Origin: Camelus dromedarius
Taxonomy: Eukaryota
Assembly (NCBI RefSeq): GCF_036321535.1
Contig: NC_087438.1
Location: 4,776,001-4,840,000, forward strand
Direction of reading: 5' to 3'
DNA: 64,000 bases
Numbering within the stretch: the stretch's first letter is position 1; each line of letters begins with the position of its first letter. The notes under the pieces were generated by a model. The model was given only the letters and a program-made list of their open reading frames with translations. It did no database searches and was not told the origin of the DNA. Both the position numbers and the translations under genes were made by a program. Of the stretch, positions 1-11,399 are shown one piece after another.

Positions 1-514
1 GTCCTTTATCTTTTCACACATTGTTGGCTCCCACTGCCAGAGCACTTAGAACTTTCAAGACGCAGGACACACAAGGCCATTAAGCTAAATCCGTTCTCCA
101 TCACTGGCTTGGGTTCTGCTCTCAGCTGGAGAGCTCGTTTGGATTGTGTGTGATCCTCAGAGACCCCCCATCATATCCTTCCAAATTCAGGGTTAGAAGT
201 TCGCTTGATTAATCAGATTTCCTGCTGCCCTCTCATCTAAGGCTCATCCCATGTTCCCTGTGGGAGGCACCTATTTCTTTGAAACAGAAAGGGCACCATT
301 GACACCTGACTGCTCTGGAGTCTGGAAGGCAGAAAGCAATCCAGAAGGGACAGCCCTGGTTCCCACTGCTTGCCCTGGTGAGTGCCATCCCCTGTGTGGT
401 TTTCGTACAAGCTGCTCCATTCCATTTCACCTTTGGTATATACAACTCAGGAGTGCAGGGAAGGACAGGAATGTGGCCACCAAAATTAATTTCATAGAAA
501 GCAGCCGGGAACTC

Positions 515-680
515 AATATTTATCGAGGCCTTACTATGTGTCAGAAAAGGCACAGAATACACTACATGGAAAATTTTACTTAATGATCAGAACTCTCTAT
601 GATATAAAACTATTACTATGCAAATTTTACATATGAGGATGTGAAGCAACTTAAGATCTTACCTGGGGCTTTCAACTCCA
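515..680 (-). mobile_element. MIR SINE fragment
   Basis: tatttatcgaggccttactatgtgtcag...attttacatatgagga resembles the reverse complement of the MIR core and 3' end. Confidence 0.65.
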
Positions 681-1299
681 TTGTTAACTATTGTGTTCTC
701 CCTTTCTTGGGCTCAGTCAGGGAGGCATAAATCCTCAGCAGCAAAATCACAGAAGCTGAAAACTTTTGAAATACAGAGAGGACCAAAAGAGCCTTCTTAA
801 TAGGAGAGTCATAAACCTCAGATCCTAGGGATAAATTAGGCATTATATAATTGAGACATTTGGCTTGGATTGACAAATACATGCATTTTAGAGTAGGTCG
901 TGGTTCTCATAAACAAAGGGTTTTTGTTCAGAATCATGGACCAAGGAATCAGAGAAGCAGGGATTTGTAAATTAATTAATTGTAACAACACTTAACATGA
1001 GATCTATCCTCTCAGCAAATTTTTGTGCACAACACAGTTGTTACCTATAGCTTATTCTTCTTAAATAACTGAAAATGTGTACCCACTGAACAGCAGTTCC
1101 CCACTTCCCTTCTCCCCCAGCTCTTGGAAACCCCATTCTACTCAGTGTTTCTATGAATTTGGCTTTTAAGATATTTCATATAAGTGGTATTTATTCTTTG
1201 ATTACTGGCTTATTTCACTTGTATAATATCCTCCGGCTTCATCTGTGTTGTCAGATGTGGCACAATTTCCTTCTTTTCTAAGGTTAACTATTATTCTAC

Positions 1300-1312
1300 T
1301 GTATATATGTAT

Positions 1313-1344
<32 letters not shown>

Positions 1345-1345
1345 G
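1300..1345. repeat. (TA)/(CA)n microsatellite within L1
   Basis: Directly visible. Confidence 0.95.
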
Positions 1346-1967
1346 CTTATACCACATTTTATTTGTCCATTAAACCTACTGTTGGACATTCAGGTTGTTT
1401 CCATATCTTAGCTACTGTCAATAACTCTTCAATGAACATGAGAGTGCAAATATCTCTTCCACAACCTGATTTCAGTTCTTTTGGAAATATACTCAGAAAG
1501 GAGATGGCTGTATCTATGGCAATTCTATATTTAATTTTTTGAGGATTCTCCATAACATTTTCCATAGTGGTTGCACCACTCCGCATCCCCACCAACAGTG
1601 TACAATGGTTCCAATTTTTCCATGTTCTTGCCAACACTTGTTATCATTTTTTAAAATAACATCCATCAGGTATGAGGTAGCGTCTTATTGTGATTTTGAT
1701 TTGTATTTCCCTTATGATGGGTAATGGTGAGCATCTTTTCATATGCTTGTTGGCTATTTGCATGTTGGAGAAATGTCTATTCAAGTCCTTTGCCTATTTA
1801 TAAAAAACTAGGTTATTTGTGTTTTTTTTCTATTAAGTTGTAGGAGTTCCTTACATATTTTGAAGATTAATCTTTCATCAAATATACGGTTTGCAAATAT
1901 TTTCTTCCATTCTTTAGGTTGCCTTTTCATTCCTTTGATTGTTTCCTTTTTTGTGCAGAAGCTTTTT

Positions 1968-2227
1968 TTTTTTTTATTCATTAGTCTGTTGTATGTTTTA
2001 GATTCCACATATAAGCGATTTCATACAGTATTTGTCTCTTTCTATCTGACTTATTTCACTTAGCATAATGCCATCCAAGTCCATCCGTGTTGTTGCAAAT
2101 GGCAAAATGTTGTTCTTTTTTATGGCTGAGTAATAGTCCATTGTGTGTGTATATCACATCTTCTTATCCATTCATCTGTTGACGGACACTTAGGTTGCTT
2201 CCATATCTTGGCAATTGTAAATAATGC
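1968..2227 (-). mobile_element. Nested short L1 copy with poly(A) and target-site duplication
   Basis: T-run at 1963-1975 followed by L1 ORF2-end sequence; flanked by tgtgcagaagcttttt (1952-1967) and tgtgtagaatcttttt (2228-2243). Confidence 0.8.
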
Positions 2228-2854
2228 TGTGTAGAATCTTTTTAGTTTGGTACAGTTCTGCTTGTCTCATTTTACTTCTGTTACTGGTGCTTTTTACTTC
2301 ATAGCCAATAAATCATTGATAAGACCAATGTCACAAAGTTTTATCCTATATTTTCTTCTAGGATATTTACAATTTTGCATCTTATGTTTAAGTTTTTAAT
2401 GCATTTAAGTAGATTTCTGAATATGGTGTAAGATAAGCATCCAGTTTCATCCTTTGGATGTTATACCCAGTTTTCCCCAACACCATTGAAGAGACTGTCT
2501 TCTCCCCACTGTATATTCTTGGCACAGTTGTCAAAGATCAGTTGACTATAAATGAATGTGTTTATTTCTCATCTTTTTATTCTGTTCCATTGTTCTATAT
2601 GTCTGTTTTTAAATTGGAACTTTTAATACAAATAACAACAATTGTAACTTTTTGTGTGTGTTTGTGTGTGAATGTGTATTTCAAAGTGGAAGTATCAACT
2701 TTTTATGATTATAAAAGTAATGTGTATAAAAAACTCATAAAGAAGAAAATTAAAATTTCTAGTAACTCTTCACTGGATTCAACCAAAGTGTCTACTTCTG
2801 TTAAGAGGTGTCTACCCTGAATATGAAGATCTTCACATAATATTTTTTCTGCAC

Positions 2855-2970
2855 TATCTCATTTTATTATCCAACAACTATGTGAAGAAGGTATTAGTAT
2901 CCCCACATTATGGATGGGAGAATAAGCCTCATGTGTTCAAGTGTCATATAGGAATCATAGAGTGCTAGGA
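2855..2970 (-). mobile_element. MIR fragment
   Basis: caacaactatgtgaagaaggtattagtatccccacattatggatggg resembles the antisense MIR core. Confidence 0.55.
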
Positions 2971-5114
2971 TAAAGGTTATTTTGATCAGCCTTTATTTTT
3001 TTGCTTCCCATTTTCGTACTTATGTATGCTTTATTCAAGTGAAAAACGACAATTGCCACAAAGATGATTTCTTTCACTAAGAAAAAATAGAGATGTAATA
3101 ATTTATGAATATAATCACATATTTAAAATTTTAATAGGTCAAGGATGTGAAAACTTCTAGATTGCAAAATTATCCTATCAAGTACTAATCATATAAAGTT
3201 TCATAGTGAAGAACCCATTGCATTCCTTCGTATTTCTATTGTTTTTGTTATTACTAACATTATTACTGTTAATGCTCTCACTGTGATTAATGTCCTTTGG
3301 ACAACATGGTTAGAGAACATAATTATGTTTAGGCTAAATGCTAAATATGATTTATGTTAAAATAATTCTAAAGTTGAATGTAATGACTAACTAATAAGAC
3401 ATATTAGGTTGCCAGGAGCAAATGGGTACTCATATATACTTGATATCTCCATAGAGACCTTCCTTTAATGACTTTGTTTGTTCTCCTGGCTTTAACTAAC
3501 CAGCTTTTCATCAGGGAGTGAAACTGAAAAAGACATGCTATTATAAATGTAGCCTATATGAATGGTGTAATTTAGGCTTTGAGAACACTCCAGTAAACCC
3601 GTTTACCACATGTACCTACATTATATGGTGGAAGGCTGGGAGGCAAAGGAGTCAGCCCACAGGAAATGAGCCCTTTAAACTGTGTGGTACGTCTCAGACA
3701 TCTTTGTGAGTTGCATTGCTGAATATAAAGCTCTCTTGACTATGATTTAGCTGTTGATTAACTACACAGAGAAACGGGGACCACTGACCCCAACCATCAC
3801 ATAAAGTGAAGGCTTGCAAAACATGAAAGTTACAAAAAAAAGCCATTTGCTGTCATTTGAGTTGTCCTTTCTTGGGAAACATGTCTTTGGAGGGAAAAGC
3901 TGTATAGGGAAATTTTATCTATTTTTTACTTTTCCAATTTTATAAAGAAATGAATAGAATTAAAAATGACCAGTACTCCTTTTTCTGGTTCAGTGATTTT
4001 CCTCTTGCTAATGAAGACAATCTTATCTACAGGTTTATAATTCAGAGCCATTAAATAGAGTTCTGCTATTTTAAGAAATCAGTTTTAATATTGACAATTT
4101 CTTAACTAAGAGAATTCATAAAAGTGCTTTAAAAATCCAAGACAGTCAAAAGGTTAAAAATAGTTTATATTTTTCAAATCAGTAAGCCTATTTGAGTAAC
4201 TTGTCTTTTTTCCTAATAATTCAGTTTTATATGTTCTTAGTTTTATTTTTTTTCCTTATTACTAACTTAGTTTCTGCAATGACTGCTGGTAAACTTTGCA
4301 CAATCAGGGGAAAATTAATATTAGTACATTCACAAAAGATACAGATTCTTAATTATGGAGAAATATCTATAACAGAGAAATGCATTTGCTTCTTTGCAAA
4401 TAGACTCTGGACTCCTGTCCCATAACCGAAAGGCAGACATCCCAAAATGTGCAAATGGGTTGTACTCCGGAAGTTCAAACTCGAGTTTCTCTTATGCATA
4501 ATGATTCGGTTGGTTGCAAGGTCAATATAGACAAGCCCATGTACCACACAGCTGAAGGAATCTGGAGCTCCACAGCCCTGGGGCGAGTGGGGCAGTTGAG
4601 GAGGAGCTGGGGAGGTGGGGAGCAGGGCAGGTGTAGCAGGAGTGCTCACCAGCGTTACCTGTTGCCTGTCCTTCCTGGTCAGCACCACCTGAATTTGCCC
4701 AGCCCAGGTGAGACACTTTCTTTCCATCCTTGGTGGCTGGGAGGGACCCAACTCCAGGTCATGCTGAAGGTCTTGCTGAGGATCTATGGAAGGGAAATAG
4801 AAGGGAGGCTCTGAAAAGAGCACAGCTGGGGTTGGCCCTTCCCCCAAGTTCTTGTGCTTTGAATGTGGCAGTTCTGCAACCGACCCAAGAGCTGTGGCAG
4901 CCATTCCTGCCACAGGGGGTGCCCCTAACACTAGGAGCCCCTCAACTACCACCAGCCGTTAACCACATCCAGGTTCCTTATTAGGGGAGAAACATATACT
5001 CCGACTCTTCTAAGCCACTGACACCCAGCCTTCTGTTTCTTGCGGCTGACACCACTCCTCTCCCGGCCCATCCAGTGCAAGCTCTTTGTCTCTCTTTTCT
5101 CTTCTCAACAAGGG

Positions 5115-5197
5115 GTGTGTACATGTGTACGCATATATGTGCACACACGTGCGCATGTAATGTCTGTGCCCATATATGTGCACGCACATGTGTGTGC
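5115..5197. repeat. Alternating purine-pyrimidine tract
   Basis: Uninterrupted RY alternation at 5115-5159 and 5171-5197. Confidence 0.9.
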
Positions 5198-5824
5198 TTT
5201 TCTTTTACCTTTAGCAACACTGTCTCCTTTCTTTGAGAGAAGGGAGAATAAAAGGAATGGGAACGCATTTGGAATTGGGAGGGTCTGCTGTAGTCTTTGG
5301 AGTAAAGAGGGAGCGAGGGCAAGCTTGGTGCCCTGGGGTGGGATAGGGAGCTGACTGCACGCTCCCTGGGAGGATAGACCCGCCTACTAAAGGGAAACCT
5401 CCCATTGGGCCGGAATAGCTCAGTGGTCTGCCAGTCATACAGTCTGTGTTCTTGAGATGCCAGTTTTCCCCAGGAGTGTTAAGAGATGTGCGTGGCAGCA
5501 GGCAGAGTCGTCCTGTTCGCCACTGACTGCAGGTCCCAGTGGCCCCCTCCCCACCCAGGCTGGACAGGGCAGCACCTGCAGAAATGAAAGTTCAGGAGGA
5601 GAACCAGCCGGTCCCTAGGCAGATCTGAGAGCCCTGTGCTGGGTACTGCCAGCCCTTCGGCTGTACCATCCTGTCTGGCCTGGGCCACTGGGCTGAGAAG
5701 CCAGATGGCCAGTGCCTTCCAGATGGCCCTTGGAATCACGAGGGGCTGATTTATTTTCCGGTCTTCATAGGCTGGGTCTGCACGCAACTCAAGAGCCATA
5801 AGAAAAATCCCCCTGGTGGAGGTA

Positions 5825-5847
5825 GGGGTGGGGGTGGGGGTGGGGGG
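5825..5847 (+). other. Putative G-quadruplex motif (GGGGT-type repeat)
   Basis: ggggtgggggtgggggtgggggg: four G-runs of 4-6 with 1-nt loops. Confidence 0.8.
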
Positions 5848-8149
5848 AGGCACTAGGACCCCCTCCACAGACTCCTCTCCAAGAACATGATCGGAGAGAT
5901 AAACACTAAGTATCTCTCACTGGGAAAAAGTAGGTGGACACAGATTGTTTTCTCTGATTGGACTTACACGTTCATGGCTGAGTGAACCCAAATTTGCCAC
6001 AGGACGTCTTAGATCTGCCTTTTCTGAGGACACCTTAGGAACAATGGGAAAGGCATGGACAGCTGTCTGAGGACGCTGCAGGGAAGAGTCCGGTTTGTAC
6101 TTCAGTTTCCCGATGTGTGATACCACGAGAAAAGGGAACTGGACCCCGCCAGCCCCGTCTCAAGTACGGACCAGAAAGGCGGCCTTATTTAACTGGAAAA
6201 GAGCCAATGTGGAGAGCTGAAATGTTTCCCTGAAAAATAGAAGCTGTGACCTAATTTTGAAAGATCGCATCCTAGAATTATTATGTTTTCATAGCCCTTT
6301 AAGGCTTACTAAAAAGAAAAAAACAAACCTTAGTTGTCCTCATAAATCCAATCTCAAATCCATGGCACTAAAATCAAGTTAACTGCTTTTCATTCCAAAA
6401 CTGTTATGTTATGGTTGCAGTGTGAAGAGGGTGCAGAAAGGCGAATGGGCGCTAAATAAATACTTAATTTTGAAAAATGAAATGCACTGAACTTGATTAT
6501 CTGTTTTGGACCCGCAAAGCTATTAGTAGTAAACAGCTAGCCCTGCATGGACTCAGCCTCCCAGAACTGTGACCCGCAATCATCCAGGTTTTAATTTCCC
6601 CCACTTCCTGCACCTGCTACCCCTGCTTCCCCCTAACCAGTCCACATTATTTCTACTGTTGTCATGTGCATTCCTGGCTCCCCAGAACCTGTTGACAAGT
6701 TGTCCCCCACACTACTCTTCCTTGTCCCTTTAAAAATACATCTGGCTTATGTTCAAGTCTCTTTGGGCTGGTGGTGAGTGTTCAGATGTTTGTTGATGGA
6801 CTAGCTAATCAAAATACTAATTGGGATACCATCTTTATGACTGGTCACCCTTACATGTATGCTTCATTTTAAATAATACGTGTTTTAATAAAGTCATTTA
6901 ATACTCGATATCCTAAGGCACGTGTGGACTATCAGATGTGGGCAGGAGCAGTGTGGGTCACAGTATCTGCAGGACTTAGACACAGACCCTCAGATCATGA
7001 CTTACACACAGGCTCAATATTGGTTGAACGGACAGCCTGTTAAAGCCTATGGAGATAACATAAGGGGGCTGAACTTCCACTAGGGTTTTGAAATGTCCCA
7101 TGAATATAACAGCACAGAGAAATCACTTTACCCTTCTCAGAGAGTATTAGAATTGAATGAAAGGGGTATTTTAATAAGTTGTGGAGGTAGGGGGCTGGGA
7201 CCACCATGAGAACTACGGGGGTGACATGACTAGATGGTCTGGTCCTGAGCATCACTCAGTTGCCATGGGGATGATGATCTCAGAAGGCCAGGTGAGTCCT
7301 GCCCCTGGTGTTCCCTCTTTTTCTACATATGGTGCTCAGCCCCAGATCAACATTCACAACACTATTGCTCGTGTGTTTGTTTGTCCTTAAAGAATATTAA
7401 TGCGAAAGGGACCAAACCATCCATTTGTCTAGAAAGTTGAATCTCATTCTAGCCCTGCTAAGAAGAAACTGAGAGAAACTGAAGGTGTGCCATGTGGAGG
7501 TCTTCAAATATACACATTTCCTTCCTTCTTACAATCAAAATACAAGAGGAAGGGCAAGGAGCTGTTGGACTTCACACCGTGATTGATTTAAACCCACATT
7601 GTCTGGAGGCGGTAAGTGGGGCACAGTTTTCTGTCTCTGATAAAATAACTTTGGGTTTCTGGGCTTTCGCACGGTGGATTATGAAACACAGCAACATGCC
7701 AGATCCCAGGGTGGCAAGTCTGATATTTCTTTCTCTTTGTCCTCTTCCTTCTCCTTCTTCTTTGAAATGACAAATTAAAACATTTTGTCTGGGAAGCTTT
7801 AGGCCACTTAAAAATAATAGTTGGGTGTGTACATGGAGTGTTTTGTGTTCATTTCAAGGCTTTGCATCTGAGGCGGTGCCTACTCAGCCCAGGCTACTGG
7901 CTCCTCCCCAAAGGTGTGTAAACATTTCCCAGTTTTCCCACCTTAAAGAAATACATCCCCGTCCTGCCTTTCCACTTCCTCCATCCCTGCCCAGATCAGC
8001 CTCTGTGATCCCCACGAGAGCACAGTGGAGTCTGTGTTATGTACAGACTCAGCAGTTGGCGTACAAATTGTGCTCAGTGAGTGTTTGCTGGATGAACGAC
8101 CGAAGGAGCTACTTCCTCTGCTCTCTCAGACTCCATTCCATATACATGA

Positions 8150-8810
8150 ACAAAACTGCATCAAAGAGTTATGGCCCGCTTAACAAATTATCAAAAAACA
8201 AATACCCATACAATTACCACTCGGATCATAACATGCAGTTTCGTCAGCATCACAGGTAACCACTTGGACCCCTTCTCAGTGCTCCCTCCCTTCAAAGTTA
8301 ATTACTACCCTGACTTCTAGTTTTATCTATTTTTGGACTTTATGTAAATGAAACCACACAATATGCAACCTGTATCTGGTTCACACTGCTAAACACTGTA
8401 AGAATAGATCATAATCTAATTTATCCAATGCCTCATTGAAGGACATTTGGGTTGTTTCCAGTTTGGGGCTCACAGCTGCTACTGCTGTAACCAATTGGTT
8501 GATGTCTCTTGGTTTCAAGGACTTACGTTTCACAGGAGTAGAATGGCTGAATTGTAGAATATATACATGTGTTTTCAACTGGTTGTCACACATGCACACA
8601 AAACCACATCGTTACTTTTATTGGAATTGCGTTGACTTATAGGTCAACTGGGGGGCAATGTTCACTTTAAAAATGTTAATTTTATCGTTGATAAACATGG
8701 AATATTCTTTCAAGTCACTATGTGTTCTGTAATTTTTAAAATAGTATTTTCTGCAAAGAAGTCATGCATACGTTTTGTTAGATTTATTCCTGGGCATTAG
8801 ATTAGGTATT
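8150..8810 (-). mobile_element. Old L1 (L1ME/L1MD-type) fragments
   Basis: actaccctgacttcta...ggacatttgggttgtttccagtttggggct and ttttgttagatttattcct are antisense L1 3' end and ORF2 motifs. Confidence 0.7.
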
Positions 8811-8835
8811 TGCATCACGTAGTTAATGCACGCAC

Positions 8836-8838
<3 letters not shown>

Positions 8839-8868
<30 letters not shown>
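8839..8868. repeat. (CA)n microsatellite
   Basis: Directly visible. Confidence 0.95.
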
Positions 8869-8872
<4 letters not shown>

Positions 8873-9301
8873 CTACTACCCCTGCTATTTTTAAGTGGAG
8901 TGTTCCTATGAAACCTTTCATAAATCAAAATGTTATAAAGAGAAGAAGCAATTACCTTAGGACACATTCTTCTAAGGGATGCACAAAATAAATGGACACT
9001 CAGCACATGCTCACAGACACAGTTCAAAGCTACGGCAGCGTGAGGCTGAGACCTTGTGTGCGGGTCCCGGGGGAGGAGCTTGGCGGAGCCCCTCCTGTTT
9101 CTCAGGACGCGCACTGCTTCTCTCACAGCTCGCTACAAACCCAACACAAAACCAACACTGGTGCTATTTTCGCCTTTTGCTGTTTTCCTAAAAGTGAAAA
9201 ATCTTTGAATTTCTTTCAGTTAGCAAAAATGGGCACTAATGTAAATCTTTCACAAAAGCAAAATGGCGTAAAGCAAACTTTTGGAAAGCAGGAGATGCCT
9301 G
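8866..9301 (-). mobile_element. Non-autonomous TcMar-Tigger-like DNA transposon (MITE)
   Basis: Right end ...agcaggagatgcctg followed by TA; degenerate matching left end cacgtttc...cccctgcta; internal direct repeat ctttcataaatcaaaatgttataaag / ctttcacaaaagcaaaatggcgtaaag; resembles Tigger-derived elements as I recall them. Confidence 0.7.
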
Positions 9302-9324
9302 TATGTTTAAACCTGCTTACATCT

Positions 9325-10990
9325 AACACAGAGAAACAATCAGAAAGTCTGAACAGACCAGTAACAAGTAAAGGGACTGAATTAGTCATTTAAAACTTTC
9401 TACACAAAAACGTCCAGGCCCAGATGGCTTCACTGGTGAATCCAATCACACATATAAAGAATTAAAGCCAATTATTAGAAAATCTTCCAACAAATAGAAG
9501 AGGCTGGAATACTTCCCAACTCCTTTTTATGAGATTGGTTTCACCTTGGTGTTAAAAAGAGATCATGACATCATAAGAAAAAACTACAGACTAATATCTC
9601 TTATAAGTATAGAGGTAAAAATCCCTCACAAAATATTAGCAGAGTCCTGTAACATATAAAAATAATTAAGCAGCATGATCAGGTGGTATTAACCTCAGGA
9701 ATTCAAGGTTGGATTAACACCCAAAAATCAACGAATATAATATCATCAATAGAATTAAAAATAAACATTATCTCAATATACACAGAAAAAGCATTTGAAA
9801 AAAACCTGCTATGCCTCTATGATAAAAACCTAAAGGAACTAGGAATAAAAGATAACTTCCTCAATCTGATAACTAAAAGCCCACAGATAGAGTAGTACTT
9901 AGTGGCAGAATACTGAGTTTTTCCCCCCACAATCAGGAACAAGACAAGGGTGTCTGTTCTCATCACTTCTATTTAACATTGTAGTGGAGACTCCAGCCAG
10001 AACAATTAAGGAAAAAAAAGCACAAATAAATTTTTTAAAAGGCTGGAAAGGAAAAAGTAAAATGATCTCCATCCGTAGATTACATGGTATAGTACATAGA
10101 AAATCCTAAGGAATCCACTAAAATACAGTCATAACAAACAAATGAGCTCTGCAAGGTTTCAAGGCACAAGATCAACATGCAAAACCACACGCATTTCTAT
10201 GTGCTGCAAATGAGCAGCTTAAAAACAAAATCAAGGAAATCTCACTTACAATATCATAAATAATAATAAAATACTTAAGGATAGGTTTAACAAAGGGGAG
10301 TGCAAAACCAGTACTCCAAAAACTACAAATCATGGTTGAAAGAAATTAAAGTACTGTATAGATAAAAAGACATCTATATTTGTGTTTTGGAAGACCGTAT
10401 TATTAAGATGACAGTACTCTTCAAATTTATGTTCAGAGCCAATGCAATTCCTATCAGAGTTCAAGTCTAATTCTTTACAAAGCTTGGAACACTTGAACTA
10501 CAATTCATATAAAAATTCATGGGACTCAAAATAGCCTAAGCAATCTTGAAAAATAAGAATAAATTTGGAAGACTGACACTTCTTTAAAAAAATCTTATTG
10601 AGCTAACTACACATGAAACACTTGAAAAATGGATACTTACTGATTTCAAAATGTATCGCAAAGCTGCAGTAATCAAGGCAGTGTGGTACTGGAGCAAGAC
10701 TGACATATTGACATGCAGAAGAACGGGATGGACCAGACTGGTCATAAACAAATCTCACATTCATAGTAGACTGATTTGTCATGAATGTATCAAGACCATT
10801 CAATGGGGAAAGAATAGTCTTTTCAACAAATGCTGTTGGAACAACAGCATGTCCACATGTCAAAGAATGAAGTTGGACAGGTACTTCATACCATATGCAA
10901 ACATTAACTGGAAGAGCTGAAACTAGAAAACTCGGAAAAAAATATAAATTATATCTCAATACAGTTGTTATATAAAATTGTTTTGCGAAA
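9325..10990 (+). mobile_element. Old L1 ORF2 (RT region and downstream) fragment, multiply disrupted
   Basis: ccaggcccagatggcttcactggtgaa (PGPDGFTGE); ORF 9683 GIQGWIN; ORF 10651 YRKAAVIKAVWYW...QWGKNSLFNKCCW. Confidence 0.9.
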
Positions 10991-11010
10991 TTGGTGGAGC
11001 ATAATAATAG

Positions 11011-11013
<3 letters not shown>

Positions 11014-11046
<33 letters not shown>
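11014..11046. repeat. (TG)n microsatellite
   Basis: Directly visible. Confidence 0.95.
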
Positions 11047-11048
<2 letters not shown>

Positions 11049-11399
11049 CTTCTTGAAAAGCAAGCCATTTGTGAACAAAGATGTACACCTGCTGTGTAGC
11101 TGGCCACGAGAGAAATTGTGTTACGGAATTCAAGCACACCAGTATTGTTTCATGATAAGGGGTGGTGAATTTTATGTATGTCTGTTTCACTGTATCTTAG
11201 CTACACTTTAAGGCATTGAGTAGGGGGTTTGATGAAGGTGTCATGCACCACAATTTTCCTGTTAAAAATAATTGGAAGGAGACTTATCATTAGCACTTTT
11301 TTGGGTACAGAATTCTAATGACTGTTTTGTGTGTGCTGCTTAGGTTTTACACGTCCCCCTGTACATTTAGAAATATGTATCGTCTCAGTCTTTTTGTGG

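Larger units (their letters stand above)
980..2610 (-). mobile_element. L1 3' part (L1MA9-like): ORF2 C-terminus and 3' UTR, interrupted by a nested L1 fragment
   Basis: aacacttaacatgagatctatcctc 3' UTR signature; ORF 1359-1637 (-) gives ...[22 protein letters not shown], an L1 ORF2 C-terminal motif; ORF2 similarity continues to ~2600. Confidence 0.9.

Noticed and set aside
4353..4952. Longest ORF in the track (199 aa, minus strand) and overlapping ORFs
   Set aside because: No recognisable domain, several overlapping ORFs on both strands as expected in GC-richer DNA, and no convincing exon structure.
10603..11190. 195-aa minus-strand ORF
   Set aside because: Antisense to L1 ORF2 and runs through a (TG)n array (HTHTHT); a chance ORF.
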